From an uncultured Chloroflexia bacterium (GTDB taxonomy: Bacteria > Chloroflexota > Limnocylindria > Limnocylindrales > CSP1-4), in assembly GCA_963838115.1 (NCBI GenBank), contig CAWIPU010000006.1:326622-390621 (forward strand): a DNA stretch of 64,000 bases, read 5' to 3'. Below are positions 42,200-52,345 of this stretch, piece by piece (position 1 is the stretch's first letter; each line of letters starts with the position of its first letter). The translations under genes were made by a program, and so were the position numbers. The notes beneath the pieces were generated by a model. That model searched no databases. It saw nothing but the letters and a program-made list of their open reading frames with translations, and was not told the origin of the DNA.

Positions 42200-43273
42200 A
42201 TGACACACGTCTTCGTTGCTCCCCACCCAGACGATATCGCGCTCTCGTGTGGCGGCCTCGTTGCCAGTCTGCGAGAACTCGGCCAGTCGGTCACCATCCT
42301 GACCGTCTACTCCGGGGGGCTTGGGGCTGGGACCGGATACGAGGACAGACAGCGCCAAGCACTAGGTTTCGGCACCAAGGCCCTGGCGCCGAACACGCAA
42401 GCGTTCAACCGTGGAAACATCGCCGCCGAGTACCCAGTCGCAACGACGATCGGCTCGGGCGCCCCTTGGCAAGCCGATCCAGCACGCATCGAGGCGACCC
42501 AGGACCGCGCCAACACGCAGGCTCGCCAGTTCTGGCAGCGGGCCGCCTGGTCTCGGAGCGCCAACGTGACTAACGACGCACATGAGGACCGGCAACTGGC
42601 CGACGACCTGCCCGGCCACGGCACGCTGCTGTCATATGACCTGGCCAACGCCGACGCGACGACCCTGCGCAAGGCAGAAGACGAGCGTTGGGCCTACTTC
42701 ATCGAGGCGGCACTTGTGGATCTCGACCTGCCCGACGCGAGCCACCGAGGCTACGCCGGTGATGACGCGCTCCTGGGGCACCCCACTCTCGATGACGAAC
42801 CGCCGACCGACATCCTGCGCCGCGAGATCCTGCGCCTGGAACCACAGCAGGTCTATTTCCCGTTGGGCATCGGTGGCCACGTCGATCACCGTCTGTGCCG
42901 CGATGCGGGACTGGCGATGCTGGCGGACTCACCAGCCTGGGTGATGCCGGCGCCCGACATGATCGGGCGGCTCTCGTTCTACGAGGACTTCCCGTACGCC
43001 TGGTGGCGCGGATTCTCCGGACTGGCCGACCTGGCCAGCCAGGACATCGTGGTACCCCCCGGCCTGGGGCTCGAGGCACGCTACGCCGATATCAGCGATC
43101 AGTTGGAGCGCAAGAACGCCGGCCTGAAGATGTATGCCGGGCAGGTCCAGCGGCTATTCGATGGCGAGCAGGGCATGTTTGACGCGGTTACCGGATACGC
43201 CGCGCGTGTCGCCGATGCCGGTGGCGTACGGACCGGGGCGGCTGAACGCTACTGGGGCGTCGTCCGAGCGTAG
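42200..43273 (+). CDS. PIG-L/LmbE-family deacetylase with a C-terminal extension
   Basis: MTHVFVAPHPDDIALSCGG is the PIG-L signature. The upstream part of the listed ORF (from 41873) overlaps pcm in another frame. Confidence 0.7.
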   Translation: MTHVFVAPHPDDIALSCGGLVASLRELGQSVTILTVYSGGLGAGTGYEDRQRQALGFGTKALAPNTQAFNRGNIAAEYPVATTIGSGAPWQADPARIEATQDRANTQARQFWQRAAWSRSANVTNDAHEDRQLADDLPGHGTLLSYDLANADATTLRKAEDERWAYFIEAALVDLDLPDASHRGYAGDDALLGHPTLDDEPPTDILRREILRLEPQQVYFPLGIGGHVDHRLCRDAGLAMLADSPAWVMPAPDMIGRLSFYEDFPYAWWRGFSGLADLASQDIVVPPGLGLEARYADISDQLERKNAGLKMYAGQVQRLFDGEQGMFDAVTGYAARVADAGGVRTGAAERYWGVVRA

Positions 43274-43306
43274 CCAGAAACGGGGCTCCCAGAGCGCGGT
43301 GACCGG

Positions 43307-44191
43307 TCAGGCGTCGTTGTCCGACCTTCCGGCATTGCGAGACGGCGCCACGCGGCGGTGGATGATGGGGATGCGGAACAGGTCCCAGAGCACGCTCAGC
43401 GCCAAGCGCGGCCGCACCCGCATGCGCGAGCCATGGATGTCGAGCCACATGACCGGCACGATCGCGAACCGATAGCCGAGGCGGCGGGCCAGGAAGATGA
43501 CCTCCGCGTCGAACACGATGCCGCTCGTCTTGAGGCGACCGAAGAGATCCAGGCCGGCGGCTCGCCGGAAACCCTTGAAGCCGCACTGTGTGTCTGGGAT
43601 GTCGCCCGTGACCCAGAGCCCTGCCAGCCACCGGTAAAGGCGACCCAGGGTACGGCGATACGCGGGCTGGCTGGCCCGTCGGTCCGAGCCGTCAGGCTGG
43701 ATGCGGCTGCCGAGCGCGACGTCGGCAGTCTGCAACGCCTGCGCCAACAGGGGGATCTGATCGGGAGGCGTGGCCATGTCAGCATCGGCGAAGATGATGA
43801 TGTCACCCTGCGCCGCCATCACGCCGGCGGTCACCGCGGCGCCTTTGCCGGCGTGGCGGCGGCGGAGCACGCGCAGCCGGGCTGGCGAGCCATCGAGTCC
43901 TGGCTGCGCCTCTGGGCGGGCCTCCACGATGTCGGCTGTCGCGTCTTCCGAGCCATCGTCGACGATGAGTACCTCCCAGGTACCAAGCTCATCGGACGAA
44001 CGGCCACCGCTTCGGGGCAGGCCACCGCGATATAGCCAGCCGAAGAGCTCGTCAAGCGCAGGCTCGATACGCTCAGCCTCGTTGAACGCCGGCAGCACGA
44101 TGGTCAAGTGGGCATGTCCCAGATCGCCAGATATCACCAAGAGAAGGCTAGCGGTCGCGGCCCGCACTCGCAGATGGCTCCTTGGTCCCAT
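43307..44191 (-). CDS. GT2-family glycosyltransferase (polyprenyl-phosphate glycosyltransferase-like)
   Basis: LTIVLPAFNEAERI, VLIVDDGSEDAT and FADADMATPP (DxD). The start is uncertain; the ORF maximum is 44347. Confidence 0.75.
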   Translation of the reverse strand: MGPRSHLRVRAATASLLLVISGDLGHAHLTIVLPAFNEAERIEPALDELFGWLYRGGLPRSGGRSSDELGTWEVLIVDDGSEDATADIVEARPEAQPGLDGSPARLRVLRRRHAGKGAAVTAGVMAAQGDIIIFADADMATPPDQIPLLAQALQTADVALGSRIQPDGSDRRASQPAYRRTLGRLYRWLAGLWVTGDIPDTQCGFKGFRRAAGLDLFGRLKTSGIVFDAEVIFLARRLGYRFAIVPVMWLDIHGSRMRVRPRLALSVLWDLFRIPIIHRRVAPSRNAGRSDNDA

Positions 44192-44294
44192 CGTAAAGGC
44201 ACCGCAGCGCACCTGTTCCAACACGATGACCCCCGGGGCCTGACCCTTTCGTACTACCGAGGCGTGGCACCGTCCATGGCAGTGTGTCAGCGAC

Positions 44295-45932
44295 ATGGCG
44301 ATCCCCATCCTGCTCTTCGCGGTCGCCTTTGGCGCGCGCATGCTCACGGCTGCGCTATTCGCCGAACCTGCCTATCCCGACGCCTACTACTACGCCAACC
44401 TGGCACGGGAGCTCGCGGCCGGGGGCGGCTTTTCGGTCGACTACATCTGGAACTTCATCGAAGTCGGCGGGGTGCTCCCGGACGTAGGCGTCTTGCCCAT
44501 CCCCTCGAATGCCCATTGGATGCCACTGGCCGCGCTGGTGCAAGTGCCGTTCATCTGGTTGCTGGGGCCGACCAGCGTAGCCTCAGGCCTGCCGTTCTGG
44601 CTTGCCGCTGCCACGGTCGCGCCTTTGACCTGGTTCATCGGGCGTGATGCCGGCATGCCCTCATGGCAGTCGGCCGCGGCAGGGCTGCTGGTGGCGATGC
44701 CGGCCGGCGTGTCGCCGTTTCTGGGGCAGCCTGACAATTTCGCCATCTTCATGTTCCTGGGTGCGTTGGCACTATGGTTGTGCGGACGTGGACTGCGGGG
44801 CCACCATCGCTCCTTCGCCGCGGGCGGGGTCGTGGTCGGTCTAGCATTCCTCTCGCGCAACGACGGCGCGCTGCTGGGCTTGCCCTTCGCGCTGGCCTTT
44901 CTGTACGACTTGGTGCGGCGACCCCGCGGCTCTCGTATCGGCTGGTGGCCCGCCCTCCTCTGCGCTGGCGGCTTCCTCATCGTCATCGCCCCGTGGCTGC
45001 TGCGACAGCTGCAGGTGTTCGGCTCCATCTCACCGTCGTCAGCCGGTGGACGCGTCCTCTTCATCGGCACGTATCGAGAGCTCTACAGCGTCACCACCAA
45101 GACCACGCTGACCTCGTTCCTGGCACAGGGTGCCGGAGCGGTCATCACGAGCCGTTTGACCGGGCTATGGGATGCCGTCCGCATCTTCGTGGCCGGGCCC
45201 CTGCTGCTGCTCCTCTTGCCGTTCCTGCTCATCGGCTCATGGGTCGGTCGCCACAGGCGGGACTTCGCGCCGTGGTTCGTCTATGCCATGGCCCTCTTCC
45301 TGTTCACCGCCATCGTGTCGGCCGTCCACGTGCCCTATGGCACCTTCATCCACTCCGCGGTGGCGCTGATTCCTCACGCCTACCTGCTGGTGATGCTGGG
45401 GGTCGCCTCTGTCGTCGGCTGGATCGCTTCGCGTCGCCCCTCATGGAACGCGCCGCGTGCCAGCCGCAACTTCAGCTTCATGCTCGTTGGTGTGATCGGC
45501 GTGGCGTCGATCCTTGCGACCTCGTCGACGGTCGGTACCTGGAAGCGTGAGCGCGACGGTCGCAGCGCGGTCCTCGCGATGCTCTCGGAGCGGGCTGATC
45601 CCGGCGATGTCGTCATGAGCCCCGACGCCGGCGCATACCAGTACTACGGCGACTGGGCGGGCGTGGTGACGCCGGACGATCCACTCCTGACCGTCGAGCG
45701 AGCCTTGGCCCTGTACCACGTACGCTGGCTGGCACTCGAGGGCGCCCACATCACGACGGATCTCGAGCCGCTGCTCCGGGGCGAGGTCCAGCCCGACTGG
45801 CTGTCAGCCCCGCTGGTCGTGGTGCCACCGCTTCCGCGGAAAGACGACGAGACCGCGCCAGCCGACCCGTTGCCCAGAGCTGCACTGTATGCGGTGTGCC
45901 TCTCCGAGACCGACACGCGGTGCGACCCATGA
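44295..45932 (+). CDS. Polytopic membrane glycosyltransferase (GT39/ArnT-like, PMT_2-type)
   Basis: More than 10 TM segments. The N-terminal AEPAYPDAYYYANLARELAAGGGF loop is typical of lipid-linked-sugar-dependent GT-C enzymes. Confidence 0.65.
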   Translation: MAIPILLFAVAFGARMLTAALFAEPAYPDAYYYANLARELAAGGGFSVDYIWNFIEVGGVLPDVGVLPIPSNAHWMPLAALVQVPFIWLLGPTSVASGLPFWLAAATVAPLTWFIGRDAGMPSWQSAAAGLLVAMPAGVSPFLGQPDNFAIFMFLGALALWLCGRGLRGHHRSFAAGGVVVGLAFLSRNDGALLGLPFALAFLYDLVRRPRGSRIGWWPALLCAGGFLIVIAPWLLRQLQVFGSISPSSAGGRVLFIGTYRELYSVTTKTTLTSFLAQGAGAVITSRLTGLWDAVRIFVAGPLLLLLLPFLLIGSWVGRHRRDFAPWFVYAMALFLFTAIVSAVHVPYGTFIHSAVALIPHAYLLVMLGVASVVGWIASRRPSWNAPRASRNFSFMLVGVIGVASILATSSTVGTWKRERDGRSAVLAMLSERADPGDVVMSPDAGAYQYYGDWAGVVTPDDPLLTVERALALYHVRWLALEGAHITTDLEPLLRGEVQPDWLSAPLVVVPPLPRKDDETAPADPLPRAALYAVCLSETDTRCDP

Positions 45933-47584
45933 ACTTCACCATCCCAGCCGCACTTTATCTACTGGCGCTGGCCATCCGCCTCATCGCTGGGGGCCAAGTG
46001 CCGTTCCCGGCGACCGAACCCAGTGCCTACTACGTGGATGTTGCCCAGAATCTCCTGGCCGGCCATGGCCTGGTCAGCGATGGCGTTTGGAGCTATGCCA
46101 CAGCCCCGCTGCAGGTCCCCAAACCCGCCTTCGAGCTGTGGTTGCCCATGAGCACGTTCGTGTCCGCCGCGACGATGTCCGTGCTGGGATCGACGTTCTG
46201 GGCCGCGCAGGTGGGTGGTGCCATCCTGGGAGCCGCCGTGGCGCCCCTGACCTGGGCCGTCGGGAGCGAGGCCGCGCGGACGGTCGGGCTCGACCGGCGG
46301 CGAGCCCGAGCCGTCGCAGTCGCTTCGGGCCTGCTGGCGGCAGTGCTGGCTCCCCTGGTCCTGGGATCTGTCGTCCCCGACTCGTACACGCCATTCACCG
46401 TCTTCGTGCTGGTGAGCGCGCTGCTGGTGCCGCGCGTCGTGGGTGCCGGAGAAGGTCGGGCGGATACCGCCGCACGATCGACCATCGTCGCGGGCCTTGG
46501 GCTCGGGATCGCCATGGGACTCGCCTACCTTTCGCGCCAGGAGGCCATCTGGCTGGGCGCGACGGTGCTCGTGCTGTTGGGCTGGGCATCGCGCCGATGG
46601 ACTCCGGGCATGCGACGACGGCAGACGTTCGGACGGCTGTGGCCCATCTTCAGCGGTGGCCTAATCACGGTGTTGCCATGGCTGCTGCGCAACGCCATGG
46701 AGTTCGGTAGCCCCTTCCCGGGCCAGGCCATCGAGAACATGTTCCTGGTGGACAACGAGGACATCTTCGCTTTCCGCGACCATCCCGAGGCGGCGACGTA
46801 CCTGGCACAAGGGCTTGCCACCGTGCTGTGGAACCCACTGGTAGCTGCCTGGGACGGCATCCTCAACGTCATCGTCCTGCCGGCCTTCCCGGTGGGCCTG
46901 GCCGGCCTCATCGCGCTACCCGGCCTGTGGCGCTCAGCCGCGCTACGCCGACCTACGGCCCTGGTCGTGCTTCTGCTGAGTGGCGCCCTCACGTTCGCGA
47001 GCACGATGCTCCTGTTCCCGGTGGCCACGCGCTGGGGGACGTTCATGCACGCCTCGGGACCTCTGTTGGTGGCGCTGGCCGTGATGGCCGCCCTGGGTGG
47101 CGATGCGCTGCTGGCGCGAGTCTCCGAGTGGCGCGCCTGGGAGAAGCCCAACGCCATCCTTGCCCCGCTCGCACTGGTCGCCATGGCCGGGCTGTTCAGC
47201 GTCTTGAGCGTGTATCTCTATTCGGAGCAGTCGCGCCAGACCCAAGCGCGCTACGCCGACTTGGCGGCATCCCTGCAAGCGAGCGCCAAGGCGGCTGGAC
47301 AGGACGTGCCCGACACGATCGTCACCGACCACCCCATGTGGTTGGCTGGTGCCCTGGAGCGGCACGCCATCGCGCTTCCCGACGAAGGACTCGCCTCCAT
47401 CATCGATCTGAGCGAGGTCTTCGACGCGCCCTGGGTCATCGTCGTCGACGAACGTGGACGCTATCCGGAGGCACTACTCGATGCCGCGGCCCGCGACTGT
47501 CTCATCGCCGAACCTGAGCCGCTGGCGGCTCGGGGCGGCGGGGCCTGGCTCTTCAGGCTGGGTCAGGAGTGTGCGACATCGTGA
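45929..47584 (+). CDS. Second polytopic membrane glycosyltransferase (GT39/ArnT-like)
   Basis: The ATG overlaps the upstream stop (ATGA). PATEPSAYYVDVAQNLLAGHGL loop and many TM segments. Confidence 0.6.
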   Translation: MNFTIPAALYLLALAIRLIAGGQVPFPATEPSAYYVDVAQNLLAGHGLVSDGVWSYATAPLQVPKPAFELWLPMSTFVSAATMSVLGSTFWAAQVGGAILGAAVAPLTWAVGSEAARTVGLDRRRARAVAVASGLLAAVLAPLVLGSVVPDSYTPFTVFVLVSALLVPRVVGAGEGRADTAARSTIVAGLGLGIAMGLAYLSRQEAIWLGATVLVLLGWASRRWTPGMRRRQTFGRLWPIFSGGLITVLPWLLRNAMEFGSPFPGQAIENMFLVDNEDIFAFRDHPEAATYLAQGLATVLWNPLVAAWDGILNVIVLPAFPVGLAGLIALPGLWRSAALRRPTALVVLLLSGALTFASTMLLFPVATRWGTFMHASGPLLVALAVMAALGGDALLARVSEWRAWEKPNAILAPLALVAMAGLFSVLSVYLYSEQSRQTQARYADLAASLQASAKAAGQDVPDTIVTDHPMWLAGALERHAIALPDEGLASIIDLSEVFDAPWVIVVDERGRYPEALLDAAARDCLIAEPEPLAARGGGAWLFRLGQECATS

Positions 47585-47789
47585 ATGTCGACGCCGGGAG
47601 GGCCACCGGCAACGCCTATACTCCGAGCCACATGGATGCCGGGACGCCGCTCGCGCGGCGGCAACGAAGCAGGACAGAGCAGGCATGCGTGCGGGTGCGC
47701 CCCGAGTGCGCGCCGGCGGACATCGTCAGCCAGGTGGATGAGGGCACGACGCACTGGCTCGTGCCTCACCCCAGGGAGAGGAGTATGGA

Positions 47790-48536
47790 ATGAGCCCGGG
47801 CGAGTACGCAGGACCGGATCGGCGCCGAGGTGGCCCCGACCGGCGAGACCCCAACGCACGGATCAAGATCCTGCTCGTCGATGACCATGCCCTGTTCCGT
47901 GTGGGCATGCGGCAGACCCTCGAAGTCGAGGCCGACTTCGAGGTCGTGGCGGAGGCCGAGGATTCGCGCAGTGCCATCGATGCCGCCGGGGCCCACACAC
48001 CTGACATCGTGTTGCTGGACCTTTCGCTTCCGGCTCCGGGCGGGATCGAGACGACCCAGCGCGTCAAGCGCGAGGTGCCAAGCACCGGCATCATCGCGTT
48101 GGCGGCGTCCGAGGACGAAGATCAGCTCTTCGAGGCCATCAAGGCCGGGGCCGCGGCCTTCCTGCTCAAGGACATCAGCCCTGAGGACCTGGTGACGATC
48201 ATCCGCCGAGTCAACCAGGGCGAATACCTTATCAACGACAAGGTATTCGCACGTCCGTCGGTCGCCAACCGTGTGCTCAAGGAGTTCCGCGAGCTGGCGG
48301 TCTATGGCCAGGAGGCAGCCCCCATCTTCGCGCCGCTGTCGCCGCGTGAGGTCGAGATCTTGGACAACATCGCCAAAGGCATGACGAACAAACAGGTCGC
48401 CTATGCCCTTTCCATCAGCGAGCAGACGGTCAAGAACCACATGAGCTCCATCCTGCGCAAGCTGTCGGTGAACGACCGTACGCAGGCCGTGGTCTACGCC
48501 ATGAAGCAAGGCTGGATCAGGATCCCTGAGGATTGA
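47790..48536 (+). CDS. NarL/FixJ (LuxR-type) response regulator
   Basis: REC domain (ILLVDDH ... VLLDLSLP) and a C-terminal LuxR HTH (LSPREVEILDNIAKGMTNKQVAYALSISEQTVKNH). GGAGAGGAG SD. Confidence 0.9.
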   Translation: MSPGEYAGPDRRRGGPDRRDPNARIKILLVDDHALFRVGMRQTLEVEADFEVVAEAEDSRSAIDAAGAHTPDIVLLDLSLPAPGGIETTQRVKREVPSTGIIALAASEDEDQLFEAIKAGAAAFLLKDISPEDLVTIIRRVNQGEYLINDKVFARPSVANRVLKEFRELAVYGQEAAPIFAPLSPREVEILDNIAKGMTNKQVAYALSISEQTVKNHMSSILRKLSVNDRTQAVVYAMKQGWIRIPED

Positions 48537-49828
48537 GCATCCCGGAGCAGCCGCACGCTCCTGGTGATCTGCCGGGCGCTGGCGATCGACTGGCTTCGTC
48601 AGGTCCGGCTCCCGAGGGCAACGTGAACGCGCCCGAGGACAGAGCCCACGCTGGGCCTGGCCCCGGCTTGGCCCGACCCAGCATCGCGAGGCTGCGCGGG
48701 GAGATCGAAGAAGACATCCGTCGGATCGAAGGCGAGAACAGCGAGATCGACATGCTCATGGAGCAGGTCCTCATCGAGATCGAGCGACATGAGGGCCGCC
48801 GATCCAAGATGGAGACCCGCCTCACCACCCTTGAGACGAGCGGTTCGCCTGATCCCGATGAGTTGGTCGAGGTACGCGATGGCCTGATGGCGCTGACGCG
48901 CCGAGAGCTGCTGTTCGACTCGCAGCGCCAGGTGCTTGAGGGCAAACAACGCGTGCTGGCACGCTTCCTGCAGCGACTCGTCGAGATCGACAACACCCTG
49001 TCCGACCTGGGTGGCGCTCCCACGCGACCAGCTCCGGTCGCCTCACCGGGCCTGCGAGCGCTGGCGTCAGCTGGTGGTGGTGCCCGGGCAGCTGACCAGC
49101 CGGCCATGGCGATACGCAGCCAGGAGGACCTCCGACGCGACATCGTGCGCCAGTTGCACGATGGCCCGGCGCAATCGATCGCCAATATCGGACTCCAGGC
49201 GGAGATCGTCGAACGCCTCATGCAGAAGGGCGACTCTCGGGTCGGTGAGGAGATCCGGGCACTCTCCCGTTTGGTGCAACAGGCCCTCGATACCACCAAG
49301 GAGTTCATCTTCGAGATCCGGCCCATGGTCCTCGATGACCTTGGCTTGGGGCCGACCATCCGCCGCACCACCAGCGATCGCGCCCGACGCTCCGGCATCA
49401 ACATCGACTTCGATTCGCAGGGCATCGAGGAGCGCCTCGACCCGGACATCGAAAGCGTGGTCTATCGCAGCGTGGACGAGACCATCATCGGCTACCTGAC
49501 CTTGCGCCCACCTTCGGTGCTGGTGCGACTCGACTGGGGCGAGCATGAGCTGGTGGCCACGGTCGAGGGCACCTGGCCACGGATCAACCCTGAGGGCCAG
49601 ACCGAGTCGAGCGGGGCCGCAACAGGTCGCTCGGTCGATACGCCACCAGCGCTGCTCGCGATGATGCAGGAGAAGTGGAGCGCAGATCAGGCAGCCGACC
49701 GGGCTATGCGCAGCCTGCCGCCCGAGCGCGTCTCCGAGATCGGGACTCGCGCGCGCGCCATGGGCATGACCATGACCATGCGCGACGAGGGCCAAGTGAT
49801 GGAGTTGATCGCGCCCATCAGGCGGTAG
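48533..49828 (+). CDS. Soluble HisKA_3-type histidine-kinase-like protein with a degenerate ATPase domain
   Basis: Coiled-coil N-terminal part and an H-box RQLHDGPAQSI. The C-terminal region aligns to HATPase_c, but the N-box Asn and the G1/G2 glycine motifs are not recognisable. No TM segments. Confidence 0.65.
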   Translation: MSIPEQPHAPGDLPGAGDRLASSGPAPEGNVNAPEDRAHAGPGPGLARPSIARLRGEIEEDIRRIEGENSEIDMLMEQVLIEIERHEGRRSKMETRLTTLETSGSPDPDELVEVRDGLMALTRRELLFDSQRQVLEGKQRVLARFLQRLVEIDNTLSDLGGAPTRPAPVASPGLRALASAGGGARAADQPAMAIRSQEDLRRDIVRQLHDGPAQSIANIGLQAEIVERLMQKGDSRVGEEIRALSRLVQQALDTTKEFIFEIRPMVLDDLGLGPTIRRTTSDRARRSGINIDFDSQGIEERLDPDIESVVYRSVDETIIGYLTLRPPSVLVRLDWGEHELVATVEGTWPRINPEGQTESSGAATGRSVDTPPALLAMMQEKWSADQAADRAMRSLPPERVSEIGTRARAMGMTMTMRDEGQVMELIAPIRR

Positions 49829-49846
49829 GCGGCCCGGAGCCCGTCG

Positions 49847-50839
49847 TCAGGCCAGGTCCGCGAAGTGCGGCCAGAGTGCCGCATCGAAGTCCGGCATGAG
49901 CACGCGTAGGCGCTCGACCTGGGGTCCGTAGTAGCGCTTCAGCATCTCGATATGCTCGGCGGGCACGGACAGCTTCTCCAGCTTGGCCTGGTTGCGGGGC
50001 CGTGCCAGCACCTTGGGCGGCAGCTGGTGCGGTGGCAGACCCAGGAAGTCGAATGTCCGCGCCAGCATCGCGGAGGCGTCGGCGGCGCACGCCTCGTACT
50101 GCATGATCAGGAGCCGTTCAGCCGGATACGACCGCAGCAGCCACTCGATCTGCGTGGCGTACATGCCCCGTTCGATGGCGTCGGTCACGACGCGGACGCG
50201 ATCACCGAACACCCGCAGCGCGCCGGTATCGTCGTGCTCATCGACGAGGCCGCCGCGATCCTGATGGCTGAGACCGCTGATGTAGCGCTCCACGGGGTCT
50301 CGAAGCAGGATGATGCCGAGAGCGTCCGGAGCGGCGGCCTTGATCATCGGCGGCACCCAGGGACAGCTCAGGTACTCGGGAGTCTTCTCTCCGACGAGCT
50401 TGCCCTCCGGCCGTGGAAAGAAGCGGTGGTAGGTCTGGACGTGCTCGTCGGTAAGTGGCTCGGACCAGAGGCGGTCGAAGAAGTGGAGCTCGGGCCGCTG
50501 GTTCTCAGGCTGCATCACACCGGGGTGCTCTTCGAGCAGGCGGAACCACCAGGTCGTGCCGGACTTCTGTGCGCCGAAGATGACGAAGTCGGGCGGGCCG
50601 ATACGCCAACCCGCCGGGCGGTCCGGATACTCGGGCAGGGTCTCGAAGACCTTGCGCCGTTCACGGATGCTGGCTGGGTCCATCGGCTTCGGCGTACGAG
50701 CCGGGCGCTGATCAAGGCCCAATCGCCTGCGCAGCTTGCGCAGTCGGATCTGGCGCATAGAAGAACCTCGGGCTGGGATCTGGGATGTGGCCGCCATGAT
50801 AGCCGTCGAGTGCTCGCGGGAGTGCAGCAGCGACAACAC
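49847..50839 (-). CDS. Sulfotransferase-family protein
   Basis: 5'-PSB-like loop FGAQKSGTTWW and 3'-PB-like LLRDPVERYISG. The start is uncertain (alternatives at 50797 and 50758). Confidence 0.75.
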   Translation of the reverse strand: MLSLLHSREHSTAIMAATSQIPARGSSMRQIRLRKLRRRLGLDQRPARTPKPMDPASIRERRKVFETLPEYPDRPAGWRIGPPDFVIFGAQKSGTTWWFRLLEEHPGVMQPENQRPELHFFDRLWSEPLTDEHVQTYHRFFPRPEGKLVGEKTPEYLSCPWVPPMIKAAAPDALGIILLRDPVERYISGLSHQDRGGLVDEHDDTGALRVFGDRVRVVTDAIERGMYATQIEWLLRSYPAERLLIMQYEACAADASAMLARTFDFLGLPPHQLPPKVLARPRNQAKLEKLSVPAEHIEMLKRYYGPQVERLRVLMPDFDAALWPHFADLA

Positions 50840-51078
50840 ACGGCTCCTATGCCCTATAGCCCGATAGTCATATCGCCTGAGCCGGGGGCGGTGCCTAGGA
50901 TTCCGGTGACACCTGTCACACCAGTTGGAGTCCTGCTCTTGTCGTCAACCCCCGGCGAGCACGTGCCCGCACCAGACCGGACGAAACTGCACCGTCCCGC
51001 TGGTCGAATCGATGCTTCCGGTCTACCCTTGAGCACCCGGCACGGCCGCCTGCCTTCAACGGCCATGAGGAACCGAGC

Positions 51079-52311
51079 GTGAGCGAAAAGATCCGCGTCG
51101 TCATCGTCGATGACATCGCCGAAACCAGAGAGCACCTCACGAAGCTGCTCTCGTTCGAATCTGATATCGAGGTCGTTGGCGCTGCAGCCTCTGGCGAGGA
51201 GGCGGTCGAGTTCACCGGCAAGCTACAGCCGGACATCCTGCTGATGGACATCAACATGCCCGGCATGGATGGCATCGCCACCACCGAGCGGGTCTCGGCC
51301 ACCTTGCCCGGCACGTCCATCATCATGATGAGCGTCCAGGGCGAGGCCGACTATCTGCGACGCTCTATGTTGGCCGGCGCTCGCGAGTTTCTCGTCAAGC
51401 CCTTCAGCTCGGATGAGTTGACCGCATCCATCCGACAGGTCCACATCCGCGAGAAGGCCAGGCGCGGACGGATGATCATGCCCGTCCCTGGTGCTCCGGC
51501 TCCCGAAAGCGGCAGCAAGAAGGGCAAGATCGTGACCCTGTTCGCACCCAAGGGTGGAGTGGGCCGCACGACTCTGGCGGTCAATCTTGCGGTCGCCATG
51601 GCCGGCGAGCAGCGGCAGGTTGTGACACTGGTGGACGGCTCGTTCCAGTTCGGCGACGTGGGCGTGCTACTCAACCTGAACCCCAAGAACAAGTCGATCA
51701 TCGATGTCGTCGCTGACCCTTCGGCCACCGACGAGGACCTGGTCGACACCACGCTCATCAACCACAGCACCGGCATCAAGGTGCTGCTGGCGCCACCTAG
51801 CCCGGAGATGGCTGAGCTGATCACGGTCGACCAGATCCGCCGCATGATGGGCCGCCTACGCGAGACCAACGACTTCACCGTGGTCGACCTGTGGCCGCAC
51901 TTCAACGACGTGTCGCTGGCGCTGCTTGACATGTCCGACGTGATCCTCACCATCCTCACGCTGGAGATCACCAACATCAAGAACATCCGCCTTTTCCTCG
52001 AGGTGGCGGAGCAGCTTGGCTATGGCGACAAGCTCAAACTGGTCCTGAACCGGGCGGATTCGGCATTCGGGATCCGCGTCGCTGACGTCGAGAACTCGGT
52101 CGGCCGCAAGATCGACCATCAGGTCGTCTCCGATGGGCGCACGGTCGTCTATGCCCTCAATCGAGGTGTCCCCTTCGTGTGGAGCAACAGCCAGGCTCCG
52201 GTCAGCGAAGACATCCTCAAGATCTCGCGCGCGCTCGTTTCGGGTGAAGGCTCCCCCGAAGCCGAGGATGAGAAGGAGCCGGCCAAGAAGTCACTCTTCG
52301 GACGGCGCTGA
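51079..52311 (+). CDS. Response-regulator receiver fused to a CpaE/TadZ-like ParA/MinD ATPase
   Basis: REC domain (VVIVDDIAETREH ... LLMDINMPGMDG) followed by the deviant Walker A FAPKGGVGRTT. Confidence 0.85.
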   Translation: MSEKIRVVIVDDIAETREHLTKLLSFESDIEVVGAAASGEEAVEFTGKLQPDILLMDINMPGMDGIATTERVSATLPGTSIIMMSVQGEADYLRRSMLAGAREFLVKPFSSDELTASIRQVHIREKARRGRMIMPVPGAPAPESGSKKGKIVTLFAPKGGVGRTTLAVNLAVAMAGEQRQVVTLVDGSFQFGDVGVLLNLNPKNKSIIDVVADPSATDEDLVDTTLINHSTGIKVLLAPPSPEMAELITVDQIRRMMGRLRETNDFTVVDLWPHFNDVSLALLDMSDVILTILTLEITNIKNIRLFLEVAEQLGYGDKLKLVLNRADSAFGIRVADVENSVGRKIDHQVVSDGRTVVYALNRGVPFVWSNSQAPVSEDILKISRALVSGEGSPEAEDEKEPAKKSLFGRR

Positions 52312-52345
52312 AGTCGTCATGCATCCTCGCTAGGGAGAATCCGAG

